IMG/VR virus record: IMGVR_UViG_3300037462_000386
Span: 1 to 54,445 of that record
DNA from: a virus
Lineage: Duplodnaviria > Caudoviricetes
Length of the DNA stretch: 54,445 bases
Strand: one strand, 5' to 3'
Part shown: piece after piece, positions 27,107 to 37,175 of the stretch
How the letters are laid out: every line of letters begins with the position of its first letter
How positions within the stretch are numbered: position 1 is the stretch's first letter
Translations under genes and position numbers: made by a program
The notes under the pieces: generated by a model
Database searches by the model: none
The model's input: only the letters and a program-made list of their open reading frames with translations
Told to the model about the DNA's origin: nothing

Positions 27107-27351
27107 GCTTTGGGCAAGTTTCTAAAGCCTGGGCGCTGTCGATGTCATCCGGCTATGGGTTGATCACTAGACTGAAATTCGGCCTAGCTGAGGCAGTGAG
27201 ACGAGCGGATCTCGTGGACGGTCTGGGGCGAATTGCTCAGATCTGAGTAATCATTGTCCCGCAAAAGTTTCAGGGTTTTCGGGATTGTTGCCAAAGCACT
27301 TCACCTGCCCTACACTGGATCGTTCAAAATGCTTCTCCTACGAGGTTTTAG

Positions 27352-27636
27352 ATGAATAAGGCGGAATTAGTTGATGCGGTAGCCGCAAAAGCGGGCATTA
27401 CCAAAAAGGATACGGAGGCGGTGATCACGGCCACGATCGACGTCATCATGGAAACAGTGGCCAGTCAAGACAAGGTGACTTTGGTCGGCTTCGGTACGTT
27501 TGAGGCCCGCGATCGGCAGGCGCGGGAGGGGCGCAATCCTAGCACCGGGGAGGCAATCAAAATCCCGGCAACGACCGTACCTGCTTTCTCCGCAGGCAAA
27601 GGATTCAAAACGCTGGTTCAGCCCCAAGCCGCGTGA
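27352..27636 (+). CDS. hup: HU family DNA-binding protein
   Basis: MNKAELVDAVA..VTLVGFGTF..REGRNPSTG..VPAFSAGK. Confidence 0.95.
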   Translation: MNKAELVDAVAAKAGITKKDTEAVITATIDVIMETVASQDKVTLVGFGTFEARDRQAREGRNPSTGEAIKIPATTVPAFSAGKGFKTLVQPQAA

Positions 27637-27661
27637 AAATAGCTACGCCGTCAAGTTGTTT

Positions 27662-27685
27662 GCCGCCTACATGGGCGGTTTTTTC
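27662..27685 (+). terminator. intrinsic terminator
   Basis: GCCGCC-TACATG-GGCGGT followed by a T-run. Confidence 0.65.
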
Positions 27686-27788
27686 GTAGCCAGTCGTCCG
27701 TGTTTCCACGCAGTCCAGTCAAGCCAAGCGGTAGTATTTTTCGTTTATTGTTAGAGTACAAACAGTCTTACCTCAAACAATTGCCCAG

Positions 27789-28136
27789 ATGAATACGATC
27801 GATGAAATTGGCGATTTGCTCGGTCCTGAAGTTGCGGAATCCTTGAAGCAAAAATATCCGGGCCAGCGAATTTGGGTGCCTGGGACGATTACAACCTCGC
27901 ACAAGTTGGCGGGCTTGGGGCTTGAGGTGGCGAAGCGGCTGAGTTATTACTACGGCGGTTGTCGCTTTCGGGTGCCGCCCGTAAATCACACGGTCGATCG
28001 GGATGAGCAAATTTATCGGGACTGGGAGCGGGGGCTGTCACCCCGTGAGATGAAAGAGATTTACGGCATATCGGAGCGATCGATATACAAGGCGCGTGAA
28101 CGTCATCGTGCTCGCATGGAGGCAGATCGGTGCTGA
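27789..28136 (+). CDS. Mor/C family transcriptional activator
   Basis: YYGGCRFRVP..RDEQIY..GLSPREMKEIYGISERSIY. Confidence 0.8.
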   Translation: MNTIDEIGDLLGPEVAESLKQKYPGQRIWVPGTITTSHKLAGLGLEVAKRLSYYYGGCRFRVPPVNHTVDRDEQIYRDWERGLSPREMKEIYGISERSIYKARERHRARMEADRC

Positions 28137-28244
28137 TTATTAATAATTATTGGTTTTTGTATAATTGGCCTAATTAGCTGGCTTTCTTGGCATTGGACGA
28201 TGCCAGTTAAGGGAGATCGTTCTTAGCGTGAAGGGTTATCAATA

Positions 28245-28820
28245 ATGGCTAGAGGGAGAGGTAAGCCCCCTGCGATGGGCAAGGTGCCTGCGGCGGTACA
28301 GGTCGAAATGGCCGAGTTGGTCCAGCAGGGGTTAACGGCCAAGGAAATAACGAAGTGGGTTAACGATCGGGGCTACGATGTGGGCTATCAGCCGATTAAT
28401 CGGTGGGTGCGGTCGATCGAGCAGAAGCCGACCTTGCGTAAAGAGCTGCTCAACATTGCTTCGGATGATGATGAGGCGTTTGCGACCAAAAAAATGGCCT
28501 ACGTGGTGGGGTTCACGGACACCGGAGAAGACCTGATTGAAATAGCGAAGGGGAAAGTGGCGGCGGCGGTAAAGGCGTTGTCCATGGCGGAGTGGTCGGA
28601 TTTGTCGGCGGAGGCCCCCGATCGGGTGATTACGGCATTGTGTCGATTACTCTCGATCGAGCTGCAACGGGAGAAGCAACGGTTTGAGATTGAGCAGAAG
28701 CGGGCCGAATTGATTAGCCAAGTGCAGGCGGGGCCGGACATCAGCGAAGAAACCTTGCGCTTAGTGCGTGAGCGGATTTACGGGATTTTTGATGTAGTAG
28801 AAGCTGATGCCAGCAATTGA
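28245..28820 (+). CDS. Mu gp27-like (DUF3486) small terminase
   Basis: N-terminal HTH; ISEETLRLVRERIYGI C-terminus; precedes TerL. Confidence 0.7.
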   Translation: MARGRGKPPAMGKVPAAVQVEMAELVQQGLTAKEITKWVNDRGYDVGYQPINRWVRSIEQKPTLRKELLNIASDDDEAFATKKMAYVVGFTDTGEDLIEIAKGKVAAAVKALSMAEWSDLSAEAPDRVITALCRLLSIELQREKQRFEIEQKRAELISQVQAGPDISEETLRLVRERIYGIFDVVEADASN

Positions 28821-30147
28821 GCTATTGCCCTATCAGCAGGCGTGCTTCCGCGATCGCTCCCGATTCAAAAGTGTGATGTGGAGTCGTGGGGCACGCAAAA
28901 CGTTCACGGTGACGCTCGAAATTGTTGATGATTGCTTTGCGGTGGAGGCCGCAGGTAAGCGCACCACCTGGGTGATTCTGAGCCGAGGGGAACGGCAAGC
29001 CAAGGAAGCGATCGAGGAAGCGAAGCGGCATTGTAATGCTTACCTGATGGGGGCGGCGGCAGTGCAGCAGTCGGAGTTTGTGAGCGAGGATGGGTTGCGG
29101 CGGTTCACGCAGTTGGAGATCCGTTTCCCGAATGGCAGCCGGATTATCGCCCTGCCTGCCAACCCGGATACGGCACGGGGCTACACGGCAAACGTTTTCC
29201 TCGACGAATTCTGCATCCATGAGCATGATGTGGAGATTTGGCGATCGCTGCTGCCAGTGTTGCGGGGTCGGTTCCGGGTGATTGTGGCCAGCACGCCGAA
29301 GGGTGGCCGCACCCGCAAGTTTTACCAAATCATCAACGACGACTCGGGGCTGTGGTCAAAGCATATTGTTGATGTCTACGAAGCGGTACGGCAGGGATTG
29401 CCGCTGGACATTGAGCAAGAGCGCAAGGCTATGGCTGATCCGGATGGCTGGGCGCAGGAATTTGAACTGCAATGGCTGGATGAAGCCTCGGCGTGGTTGC
29501 CATTTGAACTGATTGAAAGCTGTGAGCATGAGGCCGCTGGTGATCCTCGCCTGTACGATCGGCGCAATAATCGCCTTTGCTTCATCGGCAATGACATCGC
29601 CCGTCGACGCGATTTGTGGGTGGCCTGGGTACTGGAAAAAGTCGGGGATGTGCTGTGGACGCGGGAGATTGTAGAGCTGGCCCGCGCCAGCTTTGCCGAG
29701 CAAGATGCGGCGATGCGGCGACTAATGGAAACCTATCGCGTGCAGCGGCTGTGCATGGACCAGACCGGCATGGGCGAAAAGCCTGTCGAGGATTACCAAC
29801 GGTGGTTTGGCCGCAATCGAGTCGAGGGGCTATTGTTCACGGCCCAGAACAAGCAGGGGCTAGCCACGATCGGGAAGCAGGCGTTTGAGTCGCGGACTGT
29901 CCGAATCCCCGATCGCTCCGAGGTGCGAGATGACCTCTACAAATTAAAGAAAACCGTGACGCTGGGTGGCAGTGTGCGGTTTGATGCGCAGCGGGATGCT
30001 GATGGGCACGCCGATCGGGCCTGGGCTTTGTTCCTGGCGCTGAACGCGGCAAATCAAGGCGGGGTTGAGATTGAATATGATTCGATCCCGCGCCCCAAAT
30101 GGGATGAAGAAGCGACGATCGAGCGGACTTCTTTCGCTGGATATTGA
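28807..30147 (+). CDS. terL: terminase large subunit (Mu gp28-like)
   Basis: WSRGARKT, ANPDTARGY, VFLDEF, ASTP, GNDIARRRD, MDQTGMG, HADRAWA. Confidence 0.93.
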   Translation: MPAIELLPYQQACFRDRSRFKSVMWSRGARKTFTVTLEIVDDCFAVEAAGKRTTWVILSRGERQAKEAIEEAKRHCNAYLMGAAAVQQSEFVSEDGLRRFTQLEIRFPNGSRIIALPANPDTARGYTANVFLDEFCIHEHDVEIWRSLLPVLRGRFRVIVASTPKGGRTRKFYQIINDDSGLWSKHIVDVYEAVRQGLPLDIEQERKAMADPDGWAQEFELQWLDEASAWLPFELIESCEHEAAGDPRLYDRRNNRLCFIGNDIARRRDLWVAWVLEKVGDVLWTREIVELARASFAEQDAAMRRLMETYRVQRLCMDQTGMGEKPVEDYQRWFGRNRVEGLLFTAQNKQGLATIGKQAFESRTVRIPDRSEVRDDLYKLKKTVTLGGSVRFDAQRDADGHADRAWALFLALNAANQGGVEIEYDSIPRPKWDEEATIERTSFAGY

Positions 30148-30150
30148 GGG

Positions 30151-30194
30151 TGAATCAAGCTGGGCTAGTGAAGGCGGCTAGGGCTGTCGATACT
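30151..30194 (+). promoter_or_regulatory. putative late promoter (copy 2)
   Basis: TGAATCAAGCTGGGCTAG...GATACT at +38. Confidence 0.55.
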
Positions 30195-30234
30195 GGAGAT
30201 CCTGAAATAAGGCGCTGGATTTGTTTTAACCGTC

Positions 30235-31074
30235 ATGCCGCAAGCCATATTTAATCTATCGATCGCCCTGGCCATCCTACTGATGATTGCGCTGGCCTTG
30301 GTGATCTGTGTGCGGGCATTGCTGGCGATGTGGCAGCGACGACGGAAACGGGATGCGCAGTTCATTGGAGAAATTCGCGATCAGTTGCCAGCGACAGGGC
30401 TGAATAGTGCGCAGCAATGGTGGATCGAAAAGGTGGTGTTGCCAAGATTGCTGGACTATCGCCGCCGCAGTCAGTTTGCGGGTGGTTTATTTCAAGCCAG
30501 ATCGAAATCCAGCATCATCTATATGTTTTTGGGTGGGGTGATCTCAACAGCCATCGGCTCTGTGCTGCAAGGGTTTTGGCAATGGGGATTGATTGTGCTG
30601 GCCATGCTTCAGGCCGGGGCCGGGATCTCCACGGCATTCGATCGGGTTGAGGGTAACAGTGCCCGCTGGCGGGATTATGCGGTGCTATCGGCGGCGATCG
30701 AGGATGCGCTCAGAGAGTTGCTCACCGAAGACGATCTGCCAATTGAGCAACGGTGGCAGCGGTTTTGTGATGAATGGGAAGCGATCGGGCGGCTGGAACA
30801 GGAGTTATTTGCACGGCGGGTATCGGAATCACAGGCGGCGGCGTCAAGGGAGGTCACAGCAGCCCATGAAAACCTGCAACAAATCCGGCAGGAATACCGA
30901 GATAGTAAGCCCGCTGTTGTTGGTGATTATGGTCGTCGTGGTGATGTCGATCGTATTGTTTTACCCCAGGCGGTGAGTGCGCCGGAGTATATCGAGGGCA
31001 CCAATATCACCCCGGCGGAGTATGTGCAGAGATCGATGGTGGCGGATGAAGTTGAAAGCTCGGAGGCGTGGTGA
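30235..31074 (+). CDS. membrane protein with SLATT/DUF4231-like domain (holin position)
   Basis: N-terminal TM, a two-TM hairpin followed by RWRDYAVLSAAIE, then a coiled coil. Confidence 0.55.
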   Translation: MPQAIFNLSIALAILLMIALALVICVRALLAMWQRRRKRDAQFIGEIRDQLPATGLNSAQQWWIEKVVLPRLLDYRRRSQFAGGLFQARSKSSIIYMFLGGVISTAIGSVLQGFWQWGLIVLAMLQAGAGISTAFDRVEGNSARWRDYAVLSAAIEDALRELLTEDDLPIEQRWQRFCDEWEAIGRLEQELFARRVSESQAAASREVTAAHENLQQIRQEYRDSKPAVVGDYGRRGDVDRIVLPQAVSAPEYIEGTNITPAEYVQRSMVADEVESSEAW

Positions 31075-32771
31075 TGCCCTGGATTAATCCAACCCACAAC
31101 ACGCGGTTAAAGCTACGCCCGATCGATTCGTCGCAGTTGGGCGCGAATGAATGGCGAGATCGGGCGAAGGGGGATAAGTTGGGCGTGATCAATGCGCGGC
31201 CCGCCGACGCCCAGCACTGGGAAATCAAGATGGCGGGGCCACTAACCATTGGCGGCAAGCAACACCAAACCTGCTTCATTTATGCACCCCACTGGACTGG
31301 GGTGGCGGAGATTGCGGCCAAGGCTCAATCGATCGCGCGTTCCACGGCGTTGAACACGGCGGTATCGGCTCCCACGGCGATCAATGGTGGTTATCGGCTC
31401 GATGTGCGCTACCGATCGCAGATGGACAATGCCAATAACCCATCCGGCAGTTGCAATGTGACATCGGCGGCGATGTGCTTGGACTATTGGGGGGTGGCAG
31501 CGAAGGGGGCGGGGCAGTTAGAGGATGAGCTGTATGTTGAGATGCAGCGGCGCGACTGGAGCCGCCACGATCCGCGTGATCTGAAACGGATTATTGAGGT
31601 CTATGGCTGCAAGGATTACTACTCCTCAAATGCCTCACTGGATGATTTGAGGCAGGCGATCAAAAACGGCTATCCCTGCATCATCCATGGGTATTTCACC
31701 ACCTTTGGCCATATCGTTGCGGCGGTGGGTTACGACGACACCGGGGTGATTGTGCATGACCCCTATGGTGAATGGCACAGTTGGGGGTATGCCCGCAATG
31801 ATTCTGTCAAGCCCGATCGAGGGAAATATCTGCATTACAGTTATGGCTTGATTGAGAGCACCTGTTTACCCGATGGCAATTTGTGGCTGCACATCGTTTC
31901 CCGCCCTGGACAAACACCGCAGACTGTCGCCACCGCGCCGCAATCAACGCCAAAGCAATCAAACCTCAGCACAGTAACCGCAACAGTCAACACGGCCCTG
32001 AAAACCGATTGGCGCTACCAATCAAAGGATTTGCCGCCGAATCAGGTATCAGCGATCGCCGCCGGCACAGAAATCGAGTGCGTGATCACCAAAGCGCCCA
32101 ACCAAAATGGCCACATCCTGATCACACTGCCGGACGATAAATTGATCGCTGGGCAAAACACCTGGTACGTGTTTGAGCAGCATGTAAAGGTGATCAACCC
32201 AAACCGTACAATCACCGCTGCTGATATCGATCGAGCCGCCGCAGAGATTGGCATAGAACCGCGCGTGATGTGGGCAGTGATGGAGGTTGAGGCCGCTGGC
32301 TCCGGGTTCTTCCCGTCGGGCCGCTGCAAAATCCTATTCGAGGCTCACTGGTTTAGCGATTTTACCCAGGGCAAATACGATCGTTCCCATCCACAGATCA
32401 GTAGCGCTCGCTGGAATCGCGATCTCTACTATGGCGGAGAACGCGAGTGGGATAGATTGGAGGCCGCAGCCGCATTGGATCGCGACGCCGCCTACCAGTC
32501 CGCCTCATGGGGCCTGGGACAAATCATGGGCTTCCACTGGCGCGATCTTGGCTACAAATCAGTGGCCGACTTCGCCGATTCGATGGGGAGATCGGAGGGC
32601 GAACAATTGCTGGCCATGGCACGGTTTATTAAGCGCGATCGGCGGTTAGTGCGGGCATTGCAGGCTAAGGATTGGGCCGGGTTTGCCGAGATCTACAACG
32701 GCCCCGGTTTTGCGCTCAATCAGTACGACAAAAAGTTGGCGGATGTATACGCCAGTGCATCTACCGCATAA
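31074..32771 (+). CDS. modular endolysin: C39-like peptidase plus N-acetylmuramidase (DUF3380)
   Basis: YRSQMDN..SCNVTSAAM..GHIV..VHDPYG; AVMEVEAAGSGF..ILFEAHWF..SASWGLGQIMG..YNG; two SH3-like repeats. Confidence 0.85.
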   Translation: MPWINPTHNTRLKLRPIDSSQLGANEWRDRAKGDKLGVINARPADAQHWEIKMAGPLTIGGKQHQTCFIYAPHWTGVAEIAAKAQSIARSTALNTAVSAPTAINGGYRLDVRYRSQMDNANNPSGSCNVTSAAMCLDYWGVAAKGAGQLEDELYVEMQRRDWSRHDPRDLKRIIEVYGCKDYYSSNASLDDLRQAIKNGYPCIIHGYFTTFGHIVAAVGYDDTGVIVHDPYGEWHSWGYARNDSVKPDRGKYLHYSYGLIESTCLPDGNLWLHIVSRPGQTPQTVATAPQSTPKQSNLSTVTATVNTALKTDWRYQSKDLPPNQVSAIAAGTEIECVITKAPNQNGHILITLPDDKLIAGQNTWYVFEQHVKVINPNRTITAADIDRAAAEIGIEPRVMWAVMEVEAAGSGFFPSGRCKILFEAHWFSDFTQGKYDRSHPQISSARWNRDLYYGGEREWDRLEAAAALDRDAAYQSASWGLGQIMGFHWRDLGYKSVADFADSMGRSEGEQLLAMARFIKRDRRLVRALQAKDWAGFAEIYNGPGFALNQYDKKLADVYASASTA

Positions 32772-32800
32772 ACAGCAGATACAGCAGATACAGCAGATAC
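32772..32800. repeat. ACAGCAGAT x3 tandem repeat
   Basis: directly visible, intergenic. Confidence 0.8.
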
Positions 32801-32815
32801 GCATAGGAACAGCAA

Positions 32816-33559
32816 ATGCTACAGCTCACAGAAACGGACAAGAATGGCCGGGTGATCCGATCACGGGTGATTGATTTACCCGATCGACCAATTACGATCG
32901 GGCGATCCAAAGATTGTGATTATCAACTGCGCAATGTACACCACCTGTCGCGAGTGCAATGCACGATCGAGCCGGATGGCGATCAGTGGGTATTGCGCGA
33001 TGGCAATGGCAAGCGATCGGAGTACGGGCTTTGGTCAAAACATGGTCGTGTGAAAGAACTGATTTTGTCGCCCGGAGTCGAAGTCGAGTTATTCAAGTCG
33101 CCTGAATACGTTGTCAAACTTGCTATGAACGACGAGGTTTACATCGATCGGGATACGGCTGAGTACCCTGTGCAAGACCTGCATGAGCAAGTGCGGGGGC
33201 TGAGAGAGGGATTAATCGACCTAAAAAACGAGGTTGCGGCCCTGGTCAATCGTCAAGCCGCCCACGAATCAACGTTCGACGGTCAGGTTTTGGGGGCGAT
33301 TTCCGACCTCAAACACCAGGTCGAAGCCCTACGCGCCGAAAATCAAAGCCAAGACTGCGCGATCGGGGAAACCGATAAGCGGGTCAAGCGCGTGCTGGCG
33401 GGCATGGCCGCAGCCATGTTGGCGACGGGTGGGTACACGATCGGGCTGAAGGAAGACGTGATACTGAAAACAGTGGGAATTTTTGAGGTGGCGGTTGGCT
33501 TGGGCGGTGGCGCATGGGCGACGGCTCAACGTCAGAAACAGCCCACCGGTACCCCGTAG
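32816..33559 (+). CDS. FHA domain, coiled coil and C-terminal TM protein
   Basis: ITIGRSKDCD..LSRVQCTI..WVLRDG..SEYG. Confidence 0.75.
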   Translation: MLQLTETDKNGRVIRSRVIDLPDRPITIGRSKDCDYQLRNVHHLSRVQCTIEPDGDQWVLRDGNGKRSEYGLWSKHGRVKELILSPGVEVELFKSPEYVVKLAMNDEVYIDRDTAEYPVQDLHEQVRGLREGLIDLKNEVAALVNRQAAHESTFDGQVLGAISDLKHQVEALRAENQSQDCAIGETDKRVKRVLAGMAAAMLATGGYTIGLKEDVILKTVGIFEVAVGLGGGAWATAQRQKQPTGTP

Positions 33560-33560
33560 C

Positions 33561-33604
33561 TGAACTCATCTGGGCTAGACTCGCCCAAGTCAGGCACCGA
33601 CACT
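33561..33604 (+). promoter_or_regulatory. putative late promoter (copy 3)
   Basis: TGAACTCATCTGGGCTAG...GACACT at +38. Confidence 0.6.
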
Positions 33605-33605
33605 G

Positions 33606-36600
33606 ATGGTCATGCCTGACACTACCGCTCCACCAAAGCCAACCACCCGCGAAATTGCCTCGATCGTCGGTTACGGTCGGGACATTACCCGATCGTACCT
33701 GGGCAAGCTGCTTGACCCACAGGACAAGGTCTTGCGGCGCTGGTGGTACGACTACGAGGTTTACGAAGATTTACTGCGGGATGACCAAGTTAAGGCGACG
33801 TTTCAGCAGCGGCGCAGTGCGGTCATCAGTCGTGAGTGGGAGGTTAAAGCCGGGGGCGAGAAGAAGCTCGATAAGGACGCTGCCGACTTTATCCGCAAAA
33901 CCCTAGAAGAAATCCGGTGGGACAATATCGCCGACAAAATGCTGTTCGGGGTCTACTACGGCTATGGCATCGGTGAGTGCATCTGGGTGGTGCGCGACAA
34001 TCAAATCCACCTCGACACAATCAAAGTGCGGAAGCAGCGGCGCTTTAAGTTTGACTGGGAGATGAAACCCCGGCTGCTGACCTGGCAAGCCTATACCGAT
34101 GGCGAAGCGCTGCCAGATCGGAAGTTTTGGCATTATTCCACGGGTGCGGACAACGACGATGAACCCTATGGTCTGGGTTTAGCGCACTGGCTGTACTGGC
34201 CTGTGTACTTCAAGAAGAACGGCATTAAGTCCTGGTTGAAATTCTTGGAGCGGTTTGCTCAGCCGACGGTCAAGGGAGCCTATGGGCCGGAGGCGGGGGA
34301 CAAGGAGCGGCAGGCGTTGAAGTCGGCGCTCCAGGCTTTTGGGGAAGATGCGGCGGTGATGGTGCCGGAGGGAGTGGAAATCGACCTGATTGAAGCTGCC
34401 CGATCGGGCCAGGCGGACTATGGAGGCCTGTGCGATCGGATGGATGCCGCGATCGCCAAGATTGTCTTGTCCCAGACGATGACCACGGACAACGGTAGCT
34501 CGCGTTCCCAGGCCGAAGTTCACAGTGGGGTGAAGCTGGAAGTCATCAAGTCGGACGCTGATTTGATTGATGCGTCGGCGAATGCAACCTGGGTGAAGTG
34601 GCTGGTGGATTGGAACTTCCCCGGTGCGGCTTACCCCAGTATCAGCCGTGTGTTGGATGACGCGGAGAACTTGAATGAACGCGCCGATCGGGATAAGACG
34701 CTCTCTGATTTGGGTTTCAGGCTTACGCCGGAGAAGGTGGAAGAAATCTACGGCGACGGCTATTATGACCCGGCGCAAATTAAGGAAGAATCCGGTGAGA
34801 AGCCACCGCTGGTCAGTGTCCTGGGTGTCGGTGGTACGGAAGCATTGGTCAACTTCCTCCAACAATTGAGCCAGATGGCTTTGACGCGGGAGAATGCCAT
34901 TTCAACCCTGGTTACTGTATTTGGCATTAGCCGGGTTGATGCTGAGGCAATGGTGCCAGAGGATGCGCAGTTGGAGGGGGCGGCCCCGATCGAGCCAGTC
35001 GCTAGCCTTGACCAAGCGGCGGCTTTGTTCAGTGATTCAGTTGAGTTTGGCGCAATCATCGATCGGGTGATTGATTGGAATGGCCTGAAGCTGGGGGTGG
35101 AATATCTGCCTGGGCAGGTGCGATTCCCTGGTCGCAAGAACAGTAAGAAGCTGCGATCTGGCTATGGCCATATCCGCAATTACAAAGGGGCGGATGGTGA
35201 GGCCCTGGACTGTTACTTAGCCCCCGCGTTCTTTGGTGAGGCTGAACCCAGTCAGTTGATTTTTGAGGTGACGCAACTGGCGGATGATGGCGACTTTGAT
35301 GAGCATAAGTTCATGCTGGGCTATGGCTCGATCGAGGATGCTGAAGCGGCCTACCAAAGGGAGATGCCAGCGGAGTTCTTTGGCGGGATTCGGGCCGTCG
35401 ATCGGGATGAGCTGGAGCAATACAGCAAGGATGTTCAATTTGCGGAGTCGCAACGGTTATTTGCTGTGCTGCAAGTTTTAGACCAATCAGTTGAGGTGGA
35501 TATGCTGACGTTTGCAGAAACTCAGTCGAATGCGGCAATGGAGGCCGCGATCGGGCGGCGATTCTTGGCCTTATTGCAGCCTGGAGCGGTGGATTTTGCC
35601 AGTGGTGGCGGGAAGAAATGCACCACGGGGCTGAGCTGTGGCAGCAGTTGTATCAGTAAGGCGAAGGTGTGTGTTAAGACGCTGTCGCCGGAGCAGCAGG
35701 CTCAATACAAGGCGTTGGTCAAAAAGGTCAAGGCTGGAGATACGTCGGCTCAGGCGGAGATTGACGGAATCCGGAAGCAACAACAGGGGGGAGAGTCCAA
35801 CCCGGAGCAATCTCCCCTGTCGCCAAATCAATTTATTGCCCCCTCAAAAAACGTAGAACGCTCTTATAAAATCCCCGCAACGGGCAGGTCAGAGGTAAGT
35901 GCCCAGGATGTCGCGATCCCGTTTGGCCCAAATGCGTTGCGTGAGATGGCAGGTCGGCGAGTGCTGTGGAGCACGAGTGTCTCTCTGTTGGACGACATTC
36001 CAGCAGAAGAATTAAGTGGAGCGATCGGGGCAATAATTGATTCGGATCCTCAGGCGAGGACGGGCAAAGGCGAAACACTTGTCGCGGTCCATAAAGGATT
36101 CGATCCTAAAATGGCGGCGAAATTTAGATCGCTGGGGGCTGAACCAATAGACGATGCTGGGACGTACGTGGCACTGCGTTGGGATGGCGAAGATCTGAAA
36201 CCTATTACTGCTGCTGACAAGACAGAGATCGCTGCGGCCCAAGATAGGTGGAATCGGCACAGGGAAGCGTTCCGCGACGTTGAATCAATGTCTGTTGATG
36301 TGAGTATTGCCAGTATTGTTTACAAGGGCAATAAAAATAAAATGTTGGCGCTGATTGAAGAGCCGCTGAAAGCTCATCGGGAAGCCACCAAAAAACTATG
36401 GGCGGCGGAAGACAAAGATTTAAGCCGATCTCCCACAAAACAAAGCCGCAAAAAATTAGAAAAAGCACTACAAGCCGAGGCTCAGGATTGGGCGAAATCG
36501 ATGGGCTTTACGGGGGAGGGCGTGAATGGATTCTCCGCCGATGCGACGAAAGCCCACGACATTGCCCACCCAGCGACTCACCGCCTTGCCGGGATGAATT

Positions 36601-36959
36601 CCCAGCAAATCAATCGCGCATTCGGTGATCTGAAGGATGCCAATGGCAAGCCCTCACTATTGGCGGAAGAGGCACTTGTCAACGCGGTTGAGCATTTGAG
36701 CCGAGGCGATACCAAAGAAGCCTCAATCCAGAATGGCCTACGTCTCGCCAAGGTCCTTTCTCGGAATGCGACGGAGGCGGAACGGCAGTACGTACGATCG
36801 GAGGAGTTTGCTCGTGGGCTGATCGATGTGATTGAAAACCGCATCTACAAAAACAATGAATATAGCAACTTGATGCCGATCGTGCGGGATTACAATGTGA
36901 TTTCTGGCACCGTCACCACGTCGGGGGCAGACTTCACCAATTCAGCATCGGGAGGCTAA
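33606..36959 (+). CDS. Mu gp29-like portal (DUF935) fused to PPase-like, Cys-rich and unknown C-terminal domains
   Basis: PYGLGLAHWLYWPVYFKK..FLERF..IAKIVLSQTMTT..QAEVH; YGHIRNYKGADGEALDCY..FDEHKFMLG; KKCTTGLSCGSSCI. Confidence 0.88.
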   Translation: MVMPDTTAPPKPTTREIASIVGYGRDITRSYLGKLLDPQDKVLRRWWYDYEVYEDLLRDDQVKATFQQRRSAVISREWEVKAGGEKKLDKDAADFIRKTLEEIRWDNIADKMLFGVYYGYGIGECIWVVRDNQIHLDTIKVRKQRRFKFDWEMKPRLLTWQAYTDGEALPDRKFWHYSTGADNDDEPYGLGLAHWLYWPVYFKKNGIKSWLKFLERFAQPTVKGAYGPEAGDKERQALKSALQAFGEDAAVMVPEGVEIDLIEAARSGQADYGGLCDRMDAAIAKIVLSQTMTTDNGSSRSQAEVHSGVKLEVIKSDADLIDASANATWVKWLVDWNFPGAAYPSISRVLDDAENLNERADRDKTLSDLGFRLTPEKVEEIYGDGYYDPAQIKEESGEKPPLVSVLGVGGTEALVNFLQQLSQMALTRENAISTLVTVFGISRVDAEAMVPEDAQLEGAAPIEPVASLDQAAALFSDSVEFGAIIDRVIDWNGLKLGVEYLPGQVRFPGRKNSKKLRSGYGHIRNYKGADGEALDCYLAPAFFGEAEPSQLIFEVTQLADDGDFDEHKFMLGYGSIEDAEAAYQREMPAEFFGGIRAVDRDELEQYSKDVQFAESQRLFAVLQVLDQSVEVDMLTFAETQSNAAMEAAIGRRFLALLQPGAVDFASGGGKKCTTGLSCGSSCISKAKVCVKTLSPEQQAQYKALVKKVKAGDTSAQAEIDGIRKQQQGGESNPEQSPLSPNQFIAPSKNVERSYKIPATGRSEVSAQDVAIPFGPNALREMAGRRVLWSTSVSLLDDIPAEELSGAIGAIIDSDPQARTGKGETLVAVHKGFDPKMAAKFRSLGAEPIDDAGTYVALRWDGEDLKPITAADKTEIAAAQDRWNRHREAFRDVESMSVDVSIASIVYKGNKNKMLALIEEPLKAHREATKKLWAAEDKDLSRSPTKQSRKKLEKALQAEAQDWAKSMGFTGEGVNGFSADATKAHDIAHPATHRLAGMNSQQINRAFGDLKDANGKPSLLAEEALVNAVEHLSRGDTKEASIQNGLRLAKVLSRNATEAERQYVRSEEFARGLIDVIENRIYKNNEYSNLMPIVRDYNVISGTVTTSGADFTNSASGG

Positions 36960-36962
36960 TGT

Positions 36963-37175
36963 GTGGATAACAAGTTTGTGCAAGGCGTGATCGAAGAAGC
37001 ATTGGCAGACAAACTGCCAACCAATCAATTCCAACGGTTTTTGATGGATTGCTTAACGTCGGGGATTACTTACAAGCGTGGCAATGCGCCGGATTTAGTC
37101 GCAATCCTGAATGACGCCGATCAACTGCAATCGATCGTTGATCTGTATAAGGGGAAATTTGAAGCGGAGAAATAA
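36963..37175 (+). CDS. small protein, candidate immunity protein for the portal C-terminal domain
   Basis: GGAGG RBS; directly follows the variable-looking domain. Confidence 0.5.
   Translation: MDNKFVQGVIEEALADKLPTNQFQRFLMDCLTSGITYKRGNAPDLVAILNDADQLQSIVDLYKGKFEAEK

Noticed and set aside
27065-27135. complete tRNA-Cys gene
   Set aside because: Only the anticodon loop to acceptor 3' strand is present; no D-arm or 5' acceptor strand, so it is called attP
27535-27546. extra copy of the dispersed motif in the HU gene (CCTAGCAC)
   Set aside because: Short match explained by the conserved GRNPSTG codons
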